Origin: Daphnia carinata
Lineage: Eukaryota
Reading direction: 5' to 3'
Assembly (NCBI RefSeq): GCF_022539665.2
Contig: NC_081331.1
Span: forward strand, 10,416,001-10,480,000
DNA: 64,000 nt
Shown here: in pieces, positions 1 through 12,060 of the stretch
How the letters are laid out: every line of letters begins with the position of its first letter
Numbering within the stretch: position 1 is the stretch's first letter
Translations under genes and position numbers: made by a program
Notes under the pieces: model-generated
The model's database searches: none
Seen by the model: only the letters and a program-made list of their open reading frames with translations
Told to the model about the DNA's origin: nothing

Positions 1-1061
1 AAAAAAACACGAAAAAAAAAAAACGGAGAAAAACCACGAAACCAAATTAAAGGGAAAAACCAGAAGGCGAATCACCTCGTTTTGAAGCATTGGATCCAAT
101 TATACGCCCGCAAAACATTTTCAGTTTCCCAATTAAAAAGATTTCGCTTTGAATGCGAAAATTCACTTGCGAATCTGATTCCACGTATAGACAGAAATGA
201 TAAGAAATAAACGTCTATTTAGCAAAAAAATAGTCGCGACTATCAGCTGCAAAACCGACAAACAGGTGTAACGCTGTTTCTTCGTTAAAACCCCCGTGTG
301 TGTTACAATGACAATCAACACTGGCTAACGGTTTGGCTTACACACAAGCAAATATCTAATCCTTCACTGGCGAATTGATGAAGAGCTTTCAGTAAAAGAC
401 ACCCTTGTTCTCCGTATGTTATTAATCCTGTAAATGTCTGAACTTATCGACATTGTTACAGATTTACTAAAAATGGCAGAGCTACTTCAACTAAAATTGT
501 ACGTACGGGTTATTTTCTCTGCCATGTCAATGCACTTGTGTTTGCGATATAAGGGCAGAATATTATCGCACAATGTGTGGCTCCATATCGAGCGATGGTA
601 TCGAGAGGAGCAATTTTTTTTTTTTGGCCGTGTCATTGAGCACAACATCGGACAAAAGGCGAATTCAAGAAGTAAAACCATTCAGAGTAATGGGACATTT
701 GGCTCACGAGGAAAATGCCTCATTACGGTAGTAAAACGGTTCCAAGATCACTCGCGTTGCAGTTATTTTTGCAATAGTTTGAGGTCATCGACATTTGATT
801 TGATTGAAATTTCTGCTCGTTTGCTACACTGAAATAGAAAAGAGCAGCTATCATTCATCCATTTCAGACAGCGAATGCAATCAGGCGACCAAAAGGAGCT
901 CGTTAACGAGCTCCTTAACGAACCAGACAGTTTCTAATATACACTTGCTATTAAACTATTTTTTTTCCCCTCTATTACGGTCCTTAAAATCGAATAGCGA
1001 ACTCATCACTGAGTTGAATCACTTTGATGACGTCCAAAAAGAAAGTTCCACATTGTAAGTA

Positions 1062-1097
<36 letters not shown>

Positions 1098-3556
1098 GGA
1101 ACAAAAAGAGACACTTTACATGTACTCTTTCAAGACGGAAAGATGTCTATAATGATCTGCTAAATTGGTTCAATTTTTCGATCGGGAAAAAAAAAATACA
1201 AAGAAACTGGTTTTTCTTTTTGATGTACAAGAGACTGAGAGTCTCTTTCCATTTCACGTCTCGCCCACATACTCGCCAAAAATTGAAACAGAAAAAAACT
1301 GTTGAAAATGAGATTCGATTAAAAAAAAAAAAAAAAAGTGTTGAAATATAGCGAGTAACCGGTTGATTCGCCTCATTTATCACGAGGAAAAAACAAACGC
1401 ATCAAACGGCTGAAAAACCAATCAGCTTACGTGAACATGTGGCACTGCCAGTTCTTCATCTCAAATGCATTAATTGACTAAAACACACAAAACACGTAAG
1501 ACATTAAAACACAGACGAACGAAAACAAAAAAGAAAAAGAAAGGAACAAAATGAAATACAAATGTAGCGAGCGCAGTAGTGAGATGCTGCCTTACCGGAC
1601 TGTATACTTTCTGACCCCCTATGCTGATGCTGTCTCTCTTATTATTCGATCCGGTATCCGGACACGGAAAGCCACTTTGCTTGGCCGCCCCCGCCGCCGC
1701 CCTTCCAGGATCGCCCGCGTCCTCATCTTTTCCATGAGCCGGTGACGACGGACGACGACGACCTCCCTATTGCGTTCGCATTTCTTTTTTTTTTTTTTTT
1801 TTTTTTTTCTTCTTTAACACACAAAAAAATTCTGCTGATTTTGTCCTCTCTCTCTCTCTACGCGTCTCTATCGCTCTCCCGCCACGTCACCGGGCGAATT
1901 TATTGATCATTATAGAGGAAATACAATCAGCCAATGCGGCCAATGTATACACAATAGGAAAAGAAAGGAAAGTGGCGGCGGCGGCGGCGCGTCTCGTTCC
2001 AGACCGAAACGTACCGAAAAAAAAAAAAAAAAAAAAAAAAACACAACAGCCAAACGGTATAAAGTCGCTACAACAGATACGAGGGTATAGTGGACGAATA
2101 AAAAGTAGCCAACTGGATTTATGGCTGCCACTGCCACCGTATATAATCCGTATAATGGACATCACCAACTATCTGCTTTTTGTTTTGCCTATCTGTGTGT
2201 ATCTAAGACAGTGAATCATTTTACTATTATTCTACCTCGTGGACGCCATTTTCGCTTCCCACCCATAATCATTAAGATATAAGAAACGAAAAAAAAAAAA
2301 AAAACATATTTATTGCCTTTATTCTATCCCAATCGAGATATTCGCCCACAATCGCCAATTGAATCGCGTTCAATACCAAAGACCTCCTCTTACGTTTGAT
2401 TGAGTCAAATTGATCTCTTAGTTATCGGCAAAAAAATTAAATGAAAAAAACGGGCAAAATAAAATGTTTAAATTTCAGAAAAGAGCTCTGAAGAACAAAA
2501 AAAAAAAAAAAAAAAAAAAAAAAGGAAACAATCAGAACTGCTGTTGATTGATTGATGTAGAGAGGGTTTGGAAGGTATTTGTCCTTGTTTTGATGGTTGG
2601 CAGCGATACGCGCTTAACCTATTATAATAGATTGAGTCGACGACGAGTTGGCTGATGGGCAGAGCGCGGAAAGATGTCGCCTATACTTTTTTTTTTAGGG
2701 TCTGTTTTTCGTGCGGCCCAGACTAGGCCCTATGCTCGTCTTTTTTTTTCTTTCTCGTCTTTTTCTTGCCTTTATATGTATATTTGGGGAGAAGAAATAG
2801 TTGTTGGGATTCTTTTGCGGCTGTGTCGAACAAAATGAGTTTCCTTCGTTTTCTATGGGGTCGTCTTCATCGACAGACACAGACATGCACACCTCCATTA
2901 GGACAGAAAGAAAAAAGAGAAAAAAAAAAATTTAAAGAAAAAAAAAAAATAAAAGAAAATGAGACAACAAAAAAAAATTGATGGTCGGCTTTTGCGCGCC
3001 ATTTTGGTGCGTCCATAATTCCCCACGCAATTTTTGCTTGTACACCAACTTCTTTACGATAATTCTTTTTCTTTCACCCAACCCCTTCACTTGCAATTAT
3101 TGTCGATGGGGTTGGCAAAGGGAAGAAAAAAAAAACGAGCATGAAAAAGGGGAAAAAAAACGCATTTTCATGGTCAAAAGGGATTCGGAGGACGAATTTT
3201 CAAGTTTTCCCAGTAACATGTAATTGATACACACTACAAGACTAGTTTGGCTCATTAGAATAATTATAAAATTCGTTCAGCGCAATAGTCACTCAGCCAA
3301 CATTTCGAGAAAGAGAGAGGGAAAAAAAAGGAAGCATGGCTTCTTGATTGACCGGCAGACACGAGAAAAAATGGCGCCCTGCTAAATCTAAGTACCATAG
3401 GCTATTTTTTCATGTTCACAAAAGCTAACATGTTGGTCATGTTAGGATAGAAAGAATTTCACAGTGCCTTTTAAGGAATTTCAATCCAAATTGGAGGAAA
3501 ACAAAGTGGGATAAAAAAACTGGCAGAACAAAAAAAAAAATAATCTGAAAACTTAC

Positions 3557-3854
3557 GTAGAACTCGCACAGACATTTCTAGGAAAGAAACCAGGCCGGCA
3601 CAGGGGGGTCAACTCCATTTCGTCCAGTTAAACACATTATCTCTCAAAACTTTGAGGATTTGTAAGAAAAAAGTAGGTCCACACAACACTCACATCTGCA
3701 CACGTTTGCGAGGCTCAAAACGAAAAATGGCCTCCTCTTTCAGATTTTCGAAATCGGCGTTGCGAGATTGTTATCTGATTCTTTTTTTTTTTTTCGATTG
3801 AGAATTTTTTAAATTTCTGTTGATTTTCGCACAGGCCTATCGATAGTTTTGACT
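3557..3854 (-). other. Putative first exon of a further minus-strand gene continuing left out of the window (by cluster order a pannier-like GATA candidate)
   Basis: Arthropod Inr TCAGTC at 3856-3851, DRE TATCGATA at 3838-3845, a short open frame from ATG 3618 (MELTPLCRPGFFPRNVCASS) and a GTAAGT donor at 3556. No zinc finger is in the window, so identity is inference only. Confidence 0.3.
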
Positions 3855-4945
3855 GAAGGTGAAAATTAATGAAAATTGATTGTCATCGTTTAGTTAATTG
3901 ACAACTTGAGTTGATAATGGCGATGTTGCATGGAAATCATATGAACGAGAACAGCAATGTTGCTTGATCATTCTTCAACGCTGCAAGTCGTTTAGACCAT
4001 CCAATCTCAAGTGGGTTGGAGGTTGACTGCTTGATTTCGTGTCGCCATAAGGAGCACTCGGGAGATTGTTCATATTGAAATTGAAACTCCAAAAAGAATT
4101 GCAAGGTAAAATAAAGCTCACGTGCAAACTCAAAATCAAAACTCTGACTGAATGCGAAAACAGTGTCCTTTCTAATCAAAAGCTAATTATAGCCATTCAT
4201 GGCTCACAAGTGATTGTTTTTGCATCTTGACTCGTGACGAACCTTTTAGACGTTAGCTTTTCCCGAGTTTTAATCATGATCGATCGATTGGTCGTTGATG
4301 GTCGCAATGTTTTTCCGTTCTTGAAAGAGTCTGTCTTTTAACATTTTCGGTTTGGGGTGTCATCAAATGTGTTTTGTTTCTTTTCATGTAGTTCTCGGGA
4401 GGAGCCCCTAGACGAACCCCGCCTGTTATAAGATTTCCCGTTTTTTTGTTTGTTTAATTTTCTCTTGGCTGAGAAAGAAGTCACGCAACCAAATAGCCAC
4501 CTAATAAACTAGCACGCAATCCAGCCGCCATGCTCCATAAAAATCAACAAAACAACATCGCTTTTTGAATGAAGGCTCGTGCCATGGGATGAAAAACTCT
4601 GGGCCAACATCATCCCTAAAGCAGAGCAACAAGTCCATTATTAGGTGGCCCATAACGCAGACGACCGAGACGACTGTGTGATGACAATCTCTTCATCGTT
4701 TTCATCTACGGTCGTGTTTTCAAAGATATATATTTTTTTAAATTTTCTTTTTCTATTGCAGCCCTTTTGGTGACGACCTGAGCATCGCATATACCTAAAA
4801 TGGTCGCGTGTTATCGTCAAAACAATCGACAGAAAAAGTGACTAATGATTGGGTGATGAGGATTCTCTGCTTCAAGAATCTTTTTAAGTCGAACTCTGCC
4901 TGCCGAGACACTTCGAACACACAGCATCACAACGATGGGACACAC

Positions 4946-7900
4946 CTAGTTGTATCGGTAAAGTGTTTCCAGGAAAACGTGACGTATTTCAAGCCGTAAT
5001 TCTCTTCTCCTTCTTAACCAATACGTGTAGGCCGGCATAGGCCTGTGGCTCTTTTCTCTAGCTTTCTACGTCGTTTCATTGAAAAATATGAACTCGATTG
5101 GGGAAAAAATAATGAACATACCGAATGCAGTTTGTAGTAAAGTCCACACGCGTTGCAGACAGGTTCGCCTGCCGTGTTGCGACGCCACAATGTCGTCACC
5201 GTCGTGTTGCAGTTGGAGCAAATCAGGCCGCTTCGACGGTTGCCGTTGCCATTTGACTGCCACATTTTTCGTTCACGATAAGTATTCAATCAAAATTTAA
5301 TTTCAACACTAATAAAAACTTGGATAATACCGTAGAACTGTGGCCTCCACTGGCGCTAGACGATCGTTTGGGCGTATGCGGCTGATGTCCGCCGATTCCG
5401 TTGCCACCATTGCTGTTCCCGCCGGAAGACGTCTGACGAGCGGGCGGGCGATGGACGCCGTTGTTCACCTTGTACAAACCGCAAGCATTGCACAGATATT
5501 GGTTGGTGTTGTCGCGGCGCCAAAGAGGCGTAGCAATCACTCCGCAATTATTGCATTCTCTTCCTTCTAGCGACGCCTGATCGTCTGTTTAAAAACACCA
5601 ACAAATCTCTTCAATAACAAGTCGCGCTTATTTTTTTTTTTCGTTTTCGTCTTAAGTTCCAGCATTTTTGTTAAAAAAATATTTTTTTGGGGGTTTTCTA
5701 AAAAAAAAAGGGCTTTCCGCATGTTTGAATCGAGAATTTAAAACCTAAGATAGAAAAAAAAAAAAACGAAGAAGAGTTATAGATGTATTCTATATAGCGT
5801 CCATTACGGCCTGCATCTAAATCACTCTGGACAACATCATCCCTTTTTCTCTCTCTGTGAGGCGGCGGCGGCGGCGGCAACAACAACAAAACACTCTCCC
5901 ACATGCAAATCGTCAACGACCAACGAGAAGAAGTCGAAAGGATGATCCCAAAAGAAGGGAAATAATAATAATAAAGAAAACACGACCGAAGAGCACCGCC
6001 GAATCTTCTTTCGCCGTTTCGTCTCTTACTTTTTTTGTTTCTTCCTTTTTTTTTTTTTTTTTTTTCTTTGTACCCAAGTGGTTTTCTGCGTGTGTTTTCC
6101 CGTATAGTAGGGGCTATAAATCACTGGCGTGTACTACGACTCGTAACATTTTTCTCTGAAAAGAACACAAAAAAAAAAAAAAAAAAAAAATAGGAAGAAA
6201 AAAAGAAAGAGACGAAAACGGCGAAAACAACAGCGCTGTCCTCTTGTGTGTGTTTCTTAGTTTCTGTGGTTTTTTTCCCATTGTAAGTAACTGACGAAAT
6301 CATCGATAAGTCTTCAAAGCTCAGAAGATTAGCCAATTTCGTGGCCATAAAAATAAAATGCTAAAAATAGCAAATCGTTTCGCAAATTGAATGAAACGCA
6401 GAGGCCTAATAACGGAGTTGGAGATATCGATAGTGTCACACGCAGAAAAGTTCACTTTAAAACAAAAATGGAAGGATTAAACAGACCTGGATCGATTTTG
6501 CGCAGGATCTCACCCGTTTGCAAGATGTGGAAGCTGCCTTCTTGAGGGCTGTACCAAGTAGCGCCACCTGGTGCCGGACTGACGGACGTAAATTGGCCAC
6601 TCGTTGTCGAATAGTTAGCCGAGTAGCCACCGACAGATATGGATTTCAATTCCGTCGGCGATATGTCAAGCAGCGATCCACTGGCTCCCATACTGTACGA
6701 TCCGTAGCCGTAATCCATCGGCGAACTGGACGTGGTCCACGGCATTTGGATACTGATGCCATCCATTTTGCTGTCAATGCAATCAAAATATGTCATCGAT
6801 GATTCGAAAGGGAATTCAATCATTTTACTGGTTGGTAGATCCGATGACGATGCCGGCGGAAGAATCCGGCGAATTATAGTTGATGATCGTCCCTTGCGCC
6901 GGATTGGTGGCGCTGTACAGGGTGGCCGTGTGATCGTAAACGCCGACATTGTTAGGCGACGACGATGGAATGTTGTGGCTGTACACCTGAGCGGTGGCGC
7001 CGTGCAAGTTTGTCTTGTACGATGGAATCACTTCGATTTTGCTGTAGAGACTGGGGTCGAGCTGACGACCAGAAGATGATCCGGACGGTGTTCCACCGCT
7101 GCTGTGATGCAGCGTGCCGTAGTGATGATGTGTGGCCTCTTGTTGTTGTTGCTGCAACTTTGTGTTGCCTATTTGCTGGTACTGGTAGGTATCGGAAGCG
7201 TTGTAAGCAGCGGCTGCGGCTGCTGCAGCAGCCACTGACGATGGCGAATGCCTACCAGACGATGAGAGCGACGAAAACGAAAACGACTGTAGCGTCTGCA
7301 GCGGCTGAAGAGAGCTAGAGTGTACATGGATGATATTGTTGCCGAAATTGTCCAGTGTGCCGTCGGTAACCATCACTTCCTGAGTTGCGCCTATAGTCCA
7401 CAAAAACACATTAGTTCGAAAATGGAACTCAGGTAAAAAGAAGAAAACATAGCAATTAAAAGTTTAGTCGGTGTTGTTCGTCATCTAGCGGTAGAAAAGT
7501 GAACTTTACGAAGGAAAGAAATTTGACTGGTTTACGCAACAACAGTGGAAAAGGACAAAAACTAAAGTCCAACAGTTAGACATAGTCCTATGGAAAAAAA
7601 AAATTCTAAAAGGTACCCGACTCGTAAGATGAGTCATCCAATTCCCCTTTATGATTGTACAGGTCCGCTCGCATGATGTAGCGCGGGGTCAATAAAGTGC
7701 TATACACTTGCTGATCGTGACCACCGCCTGAATGTTGCTGTTGTTGTTGCTGGAGATCGGGCGTCGCGGATGATGGATGTCCTTGGTCATCGCGAGAATG
7801 ATGAGCTGAGGGCCCTCCCCCATTGCCTGTTTCTTCCAGATCTACCTGCCGAGCCAATGTCATCTAATAAAACCCGAAAACAAACAAAAAAATAGAGTAA

Positions 7901-9065
7901 GACATAACAAACAAAAGTTCAAGCACTTGTCAATCAAAACAAAAATGCTAAGACGCATTTTAAAACGTTTCAAAAGTCAAAGCCGTGGTGTCAAGATAGT
8001 ACGAAAAACAAAACAATTGTGTACACGTAATGTCCCTTATTTTCATATGTTTTTCGATTTTCTTATCGAAATCCTAATCCCAACAACGACATTTTTATCT
8101 TCCAAATTTCGTATACCGTCACAAAGTTCAAATTTTTTTTAGATTGAAAAGTCCCTCTCACCTTTTTCTTACGTGAACATGTAACCCACTAAAAGAGATT
8201 CGCGATAACTGAAAAACATTTCCGTCCTACTGATTCACTTTACCTGCCTAATCTAACGTTAGAGTTGTACATATAAAACTGAAAACGTTTTATTTACCTG
8301 AAAGGTAGCCAACCGGCTTCCTAAATAGGCCGACGTACGGTCGTCTTCTTCGCCTTCCATCATGAGATAATCGGTCGGGACACCTGCGGCGGTCGCAGCG
8401 GCGTCCAGCAGCTCGGTGTGCTGCACTGGCTCACCGCTTTGCTTGTCGTGAGGACCGTCTGCCATTTCTCTGTAACGAACTGATTGGCCAGCTCCGTTCT
8501 CTTCCGTATAGTGATGCTGCTGATAGTAAGATCCTTCCGACGCCTCCTGATGATTCCCTTCGACGACACTCTCTTCGACGTAGAGCGAAGCGTTACCCGG
8601 GTTCCCGGATTCGGACACGCCCATCTGATGCTCTTCATTCACCGTCGTTTCCAGGGCGTTGTCTTGTTGATGTTGGCGATAGTCCGATGTCAACGTGATG
8701 GTGCGAACGTGTTGAGTCAATGGAGGGGGCGAAGATCTTTGACGTTGCTCCGGATCTGATGGCTGGATCGCCTCAGATGATCCACTAGCCTCCGGTTCGT
8801 GATCGGCAGTTGGTTGCTGCTGTTCTTCGATCACTTGAGGAGTGTCACCGGATTCGATTTTCAAATTGACGGGATTCTCCGTTGCGGTAGAATCAGGTTC
8901 GACCGAGTCCGCGGGAGCAACCGGTATTAATGGCGGAATAGCCGGATCGTCGTGTTTCTCTGAAATTGGGGGTTTCTCGTCAGTTGGTGATGATTCTTTG
9001 TTGCTCTCCAGTTCAGGGACATCTTCCGCTGACTGCGCCTTTTCATCGTTCTCTTTGTTTTCCAT
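4946..9065 (-). CDS. GATA4/5/6-class two-zinc-finger transcription factor, GATAe-like
   Basis: GT-AG exons 9065-8298, 7863-7617, 7390-6829, 6770-6514, 5584-5331 and 5256-5122 join in frame. N-finger [32 protein letters not shown], long Gly/Ser linker, C-finger [39 protein letters not shown]. The last exon and stop are uncertain, so the 3' coordinate is approximate. Confidence 0.85.
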
Positions 9066-12060
9066 TCTGTTTAAATTTTTCAAGGTGTTATGAATATGAA
9101 ATTAATCAGGCACTTGCAACAACAACACGCTCCATTCGACGAACAATTAAAAAGAAACGAGATAAACGATACAGTGTGTTCTACTGGAATCCTAATCACT
9201 GATTAGACAAGCAAAATGATATTAGGCCCATAATAAGTGAATTTGCCTGGCGGTATCGTCCTATATGAGCAGGGTGGGATAGGGAGGAGTGGCACACGCA
9301 ATAAATAAGCTGATGGCAGTCCCGATGTTGACTCCCGGTCGTGATGATACTCTATCTTAACTTACTGTACTTTTCAATGGCGACACCAATGATGGCGTTG
9401 GTGATAGTCTTAACAGCAGTTTGAACTGATATATGAAATATACCGGATAATGGTGGGGGAGACAAGAGTCGACAGAGGTGTGAGGGGATAACTGGATAAC
9501 ATCATCTACGATATAGTTTGCCGTTGAGATTGTTGCTCGCTCTACATATACCACTGCTGGTCACACAAAACGGAAGGACTTGAGCTAGGGCCACGACAAT
9601 CAACTTGTCTAGTCCTACCTTTTCTGAGTTCTCTCGTTGTGTATGAAGTTGTCGTTGATGACGTGCGAGCTTCGTGTTCACCGAAAGACGAATTACACAT
9701 ATGCACCGGGATCGAGTTGTGCTGCTACAGGTGAGCAAAGTCGGCTACCAACTGCAGCCGCTTGAACGAAAGGCAATTTGGCCAGCCTTTTTTATGTGGT
9801 TGTCTTTTCTTTCTCCGCTTCGAAAAAAAACCCTCACGCAGTTAGGTCTTTCACTCTCACACGCTCCTTGTGTAATGCACTGGGGCCGGTGTCTTATACC
9901 ACGTAGGGCAAGGCACTTGGACCGACCTGTTCGTTCGGCGCGTCCACCGCGAAATGGAGCAGCCGCCCTGTCGGACTATGTTCCCTGACTCTCCCCCCTT
10001 CTCTCGACTCTCTTCCTCCTGTGGCATTGTCCGTCTGCCCCAGGACGTCGTAGCACTAAGAGGCAGGGCCGTGCTCATGCCGGTTTCAGTCAATGACGTC
10101 ATCAGTCGATGGCACTTTTAATTGTTTAAGAAGTTAATGAGGGACAAATCGGAATTAAAGAGGGAAATATTCCGCATTGAAAATATTCGAAACAATTTTC
10201 TTTATTTATTTATTTTTTTTTTCGTTCTTTGTTGCAAGTCTTTCTGTTTTCACTCTTCACTTTTTTTCTTATCAATTGTCTTGTCCGTGACGACGCTATC
10301 ACCAACAGGGCCGGCAGGTAAATATGTAGACAGACTGTATTTGTAACTGGTTGCAAGATAAGACAAAAAAAAACGGACGCAACGCAGTCAGAGCGCGCAA
10401 GCGTTCTTATCAGCAGCGCATGTATCGCGCGATGTGTGTAGACGGATCGTCAAAGATGATGAGGGGAGGGGGACCTATGCGCAGACAGGGCATATACATT
10501 AAACAGTTTAATAGGTTATTTAAATCATCAAAAAAAAATCCCATCAGGGGAGGTTTGCAAGGCAGATTGCGAAAGCATTTGATCGAATTTCTGACACATT
10601 CAAGAATGAAATCTAGTAAAATTAAACAATTAGTTTAGGCAAAAGATATGGTATAATTCCCGTTACATATGAGCGACCCTGAACGCGCAGATATCCGCTC
10701 GACATCCGGACTATTTTTTTTCTAACGGCTATCCGATATAAGTTTAACTCCCGACGTCATTTTGTTTTCATGCCAAGGTATACGTTGTAAAGATAAGACC
10801 AATCCCCAACCTTCCATTTGCGTAATAATCCAGTTAGAAAAATGAAAACGGGACAACTTGAGAAACTGGCAACCCAGCATTCCCTGCTAAAAACTAATGC
10901 TCGTCCTTATAAAAATGGACTAGATCTGTCAAGTGTAGAGAGACGCTCTGTACGTTTTAAAACAAATGAAGTCATACAGGAGAGAAGAAAGAAAAAGGAA
11001 TTCAGGTCAAGTCAATATCCGATTTAAGCTTGACATGTAGGAAAAACAGTTTCCTCCTCGGCTCCATATATTTAGGCTTAACTAACAAAGGTTTCTAGCG
11101 TCTTCCGGAACTACCTCCGGCTGTTCCCATTTTTTTTATTTTTAACACGTAAAAGCGTATCCTCATTCACGCAGTTCCTATACGCCATAAACAATGTTAA
11201 ATAGCAAAAACGTTTTTTTCAGATACAAACTGTGGTATATTCAAATAATCGTTCGTTAAGACGGGAGAGTTATACAGGCCACGCTTTCACGTATGACATA
11301 GACCGCGAATTGTGTTTTTACTTCCAGGTGATTGCAATCAGGAATGGGAAGAACAACACGAGTCTCAACAACAAGAATTAAGTAAACTTACACTCACGTC
11401 AGGAAAACTGTCACACACACCAGACGCCGCAAAAAAAGACACAAACGGAGACATTGAAGAGATTACAAGTGCACTTGTAGAATATGAGATTACTATCATC
11501 AAAAATTTTAAGGAGAATTTCAACTGAGAAAAGAATTAAAAAGGAACAAAATAATCAATATAAAAAAAGGAGGAGCATCGTATTGAGAGGTGGGGTGGCC
11601 GGAAATTAAAAAAAGGGGGAAGGGGGAATCATAATGACATGCAATAATGTCAACGTCTCTCTTTCTTTGGTCTCGGCTGTATACAAAACGTCTCTATTTG
11701 TCGAAAATATTTTTCAATTTTGAAAAATAAAAGAACGACCTGAGATGCCCAGTGATTCACGAAAAAACAAAAACTATAACTAAGTAATGCTAAATAATAA
11801 TAAGCAATGAATGGTCAACTAAAAATCGCACTGCGCTGGAGCAAAAAGAAAACAAAAATGAACGAACTAGAAAGCACTCACCAAAAAAATCGTAGTCACT
11901 CAACTACATTTTGTTTGTACGGTTGATTAAAAAAAAAGGGATTATTAAAAAAAAAAATGAATCTAAAAACACCCCAGGAGCATAAAATCAAAAATGTCGA
12001 TACTTATACGAGTCATTTGGAATCCTAATAAAAGTCGATAGATTTTAAAAAGATATTCAT

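Noticed and set aside
1596..1770. GC-rich minus-strand open frame ending at a GTAAGG donor as the missing GATA tail exon
   Set aside because: No RPxxMKK/IQTR similarity and no pyrimidine-rich acceptor; more likely a promoter or 5' UTR exon of the next gene.
434..3300. Poly-Phe/poly-Lys ORFs in the ORF track (also 52.6-54.5 kb)
   Set aside because: Artefacts of poly-A/T tracts in intronic, intergenic or AGO1 3' UTR sequence.
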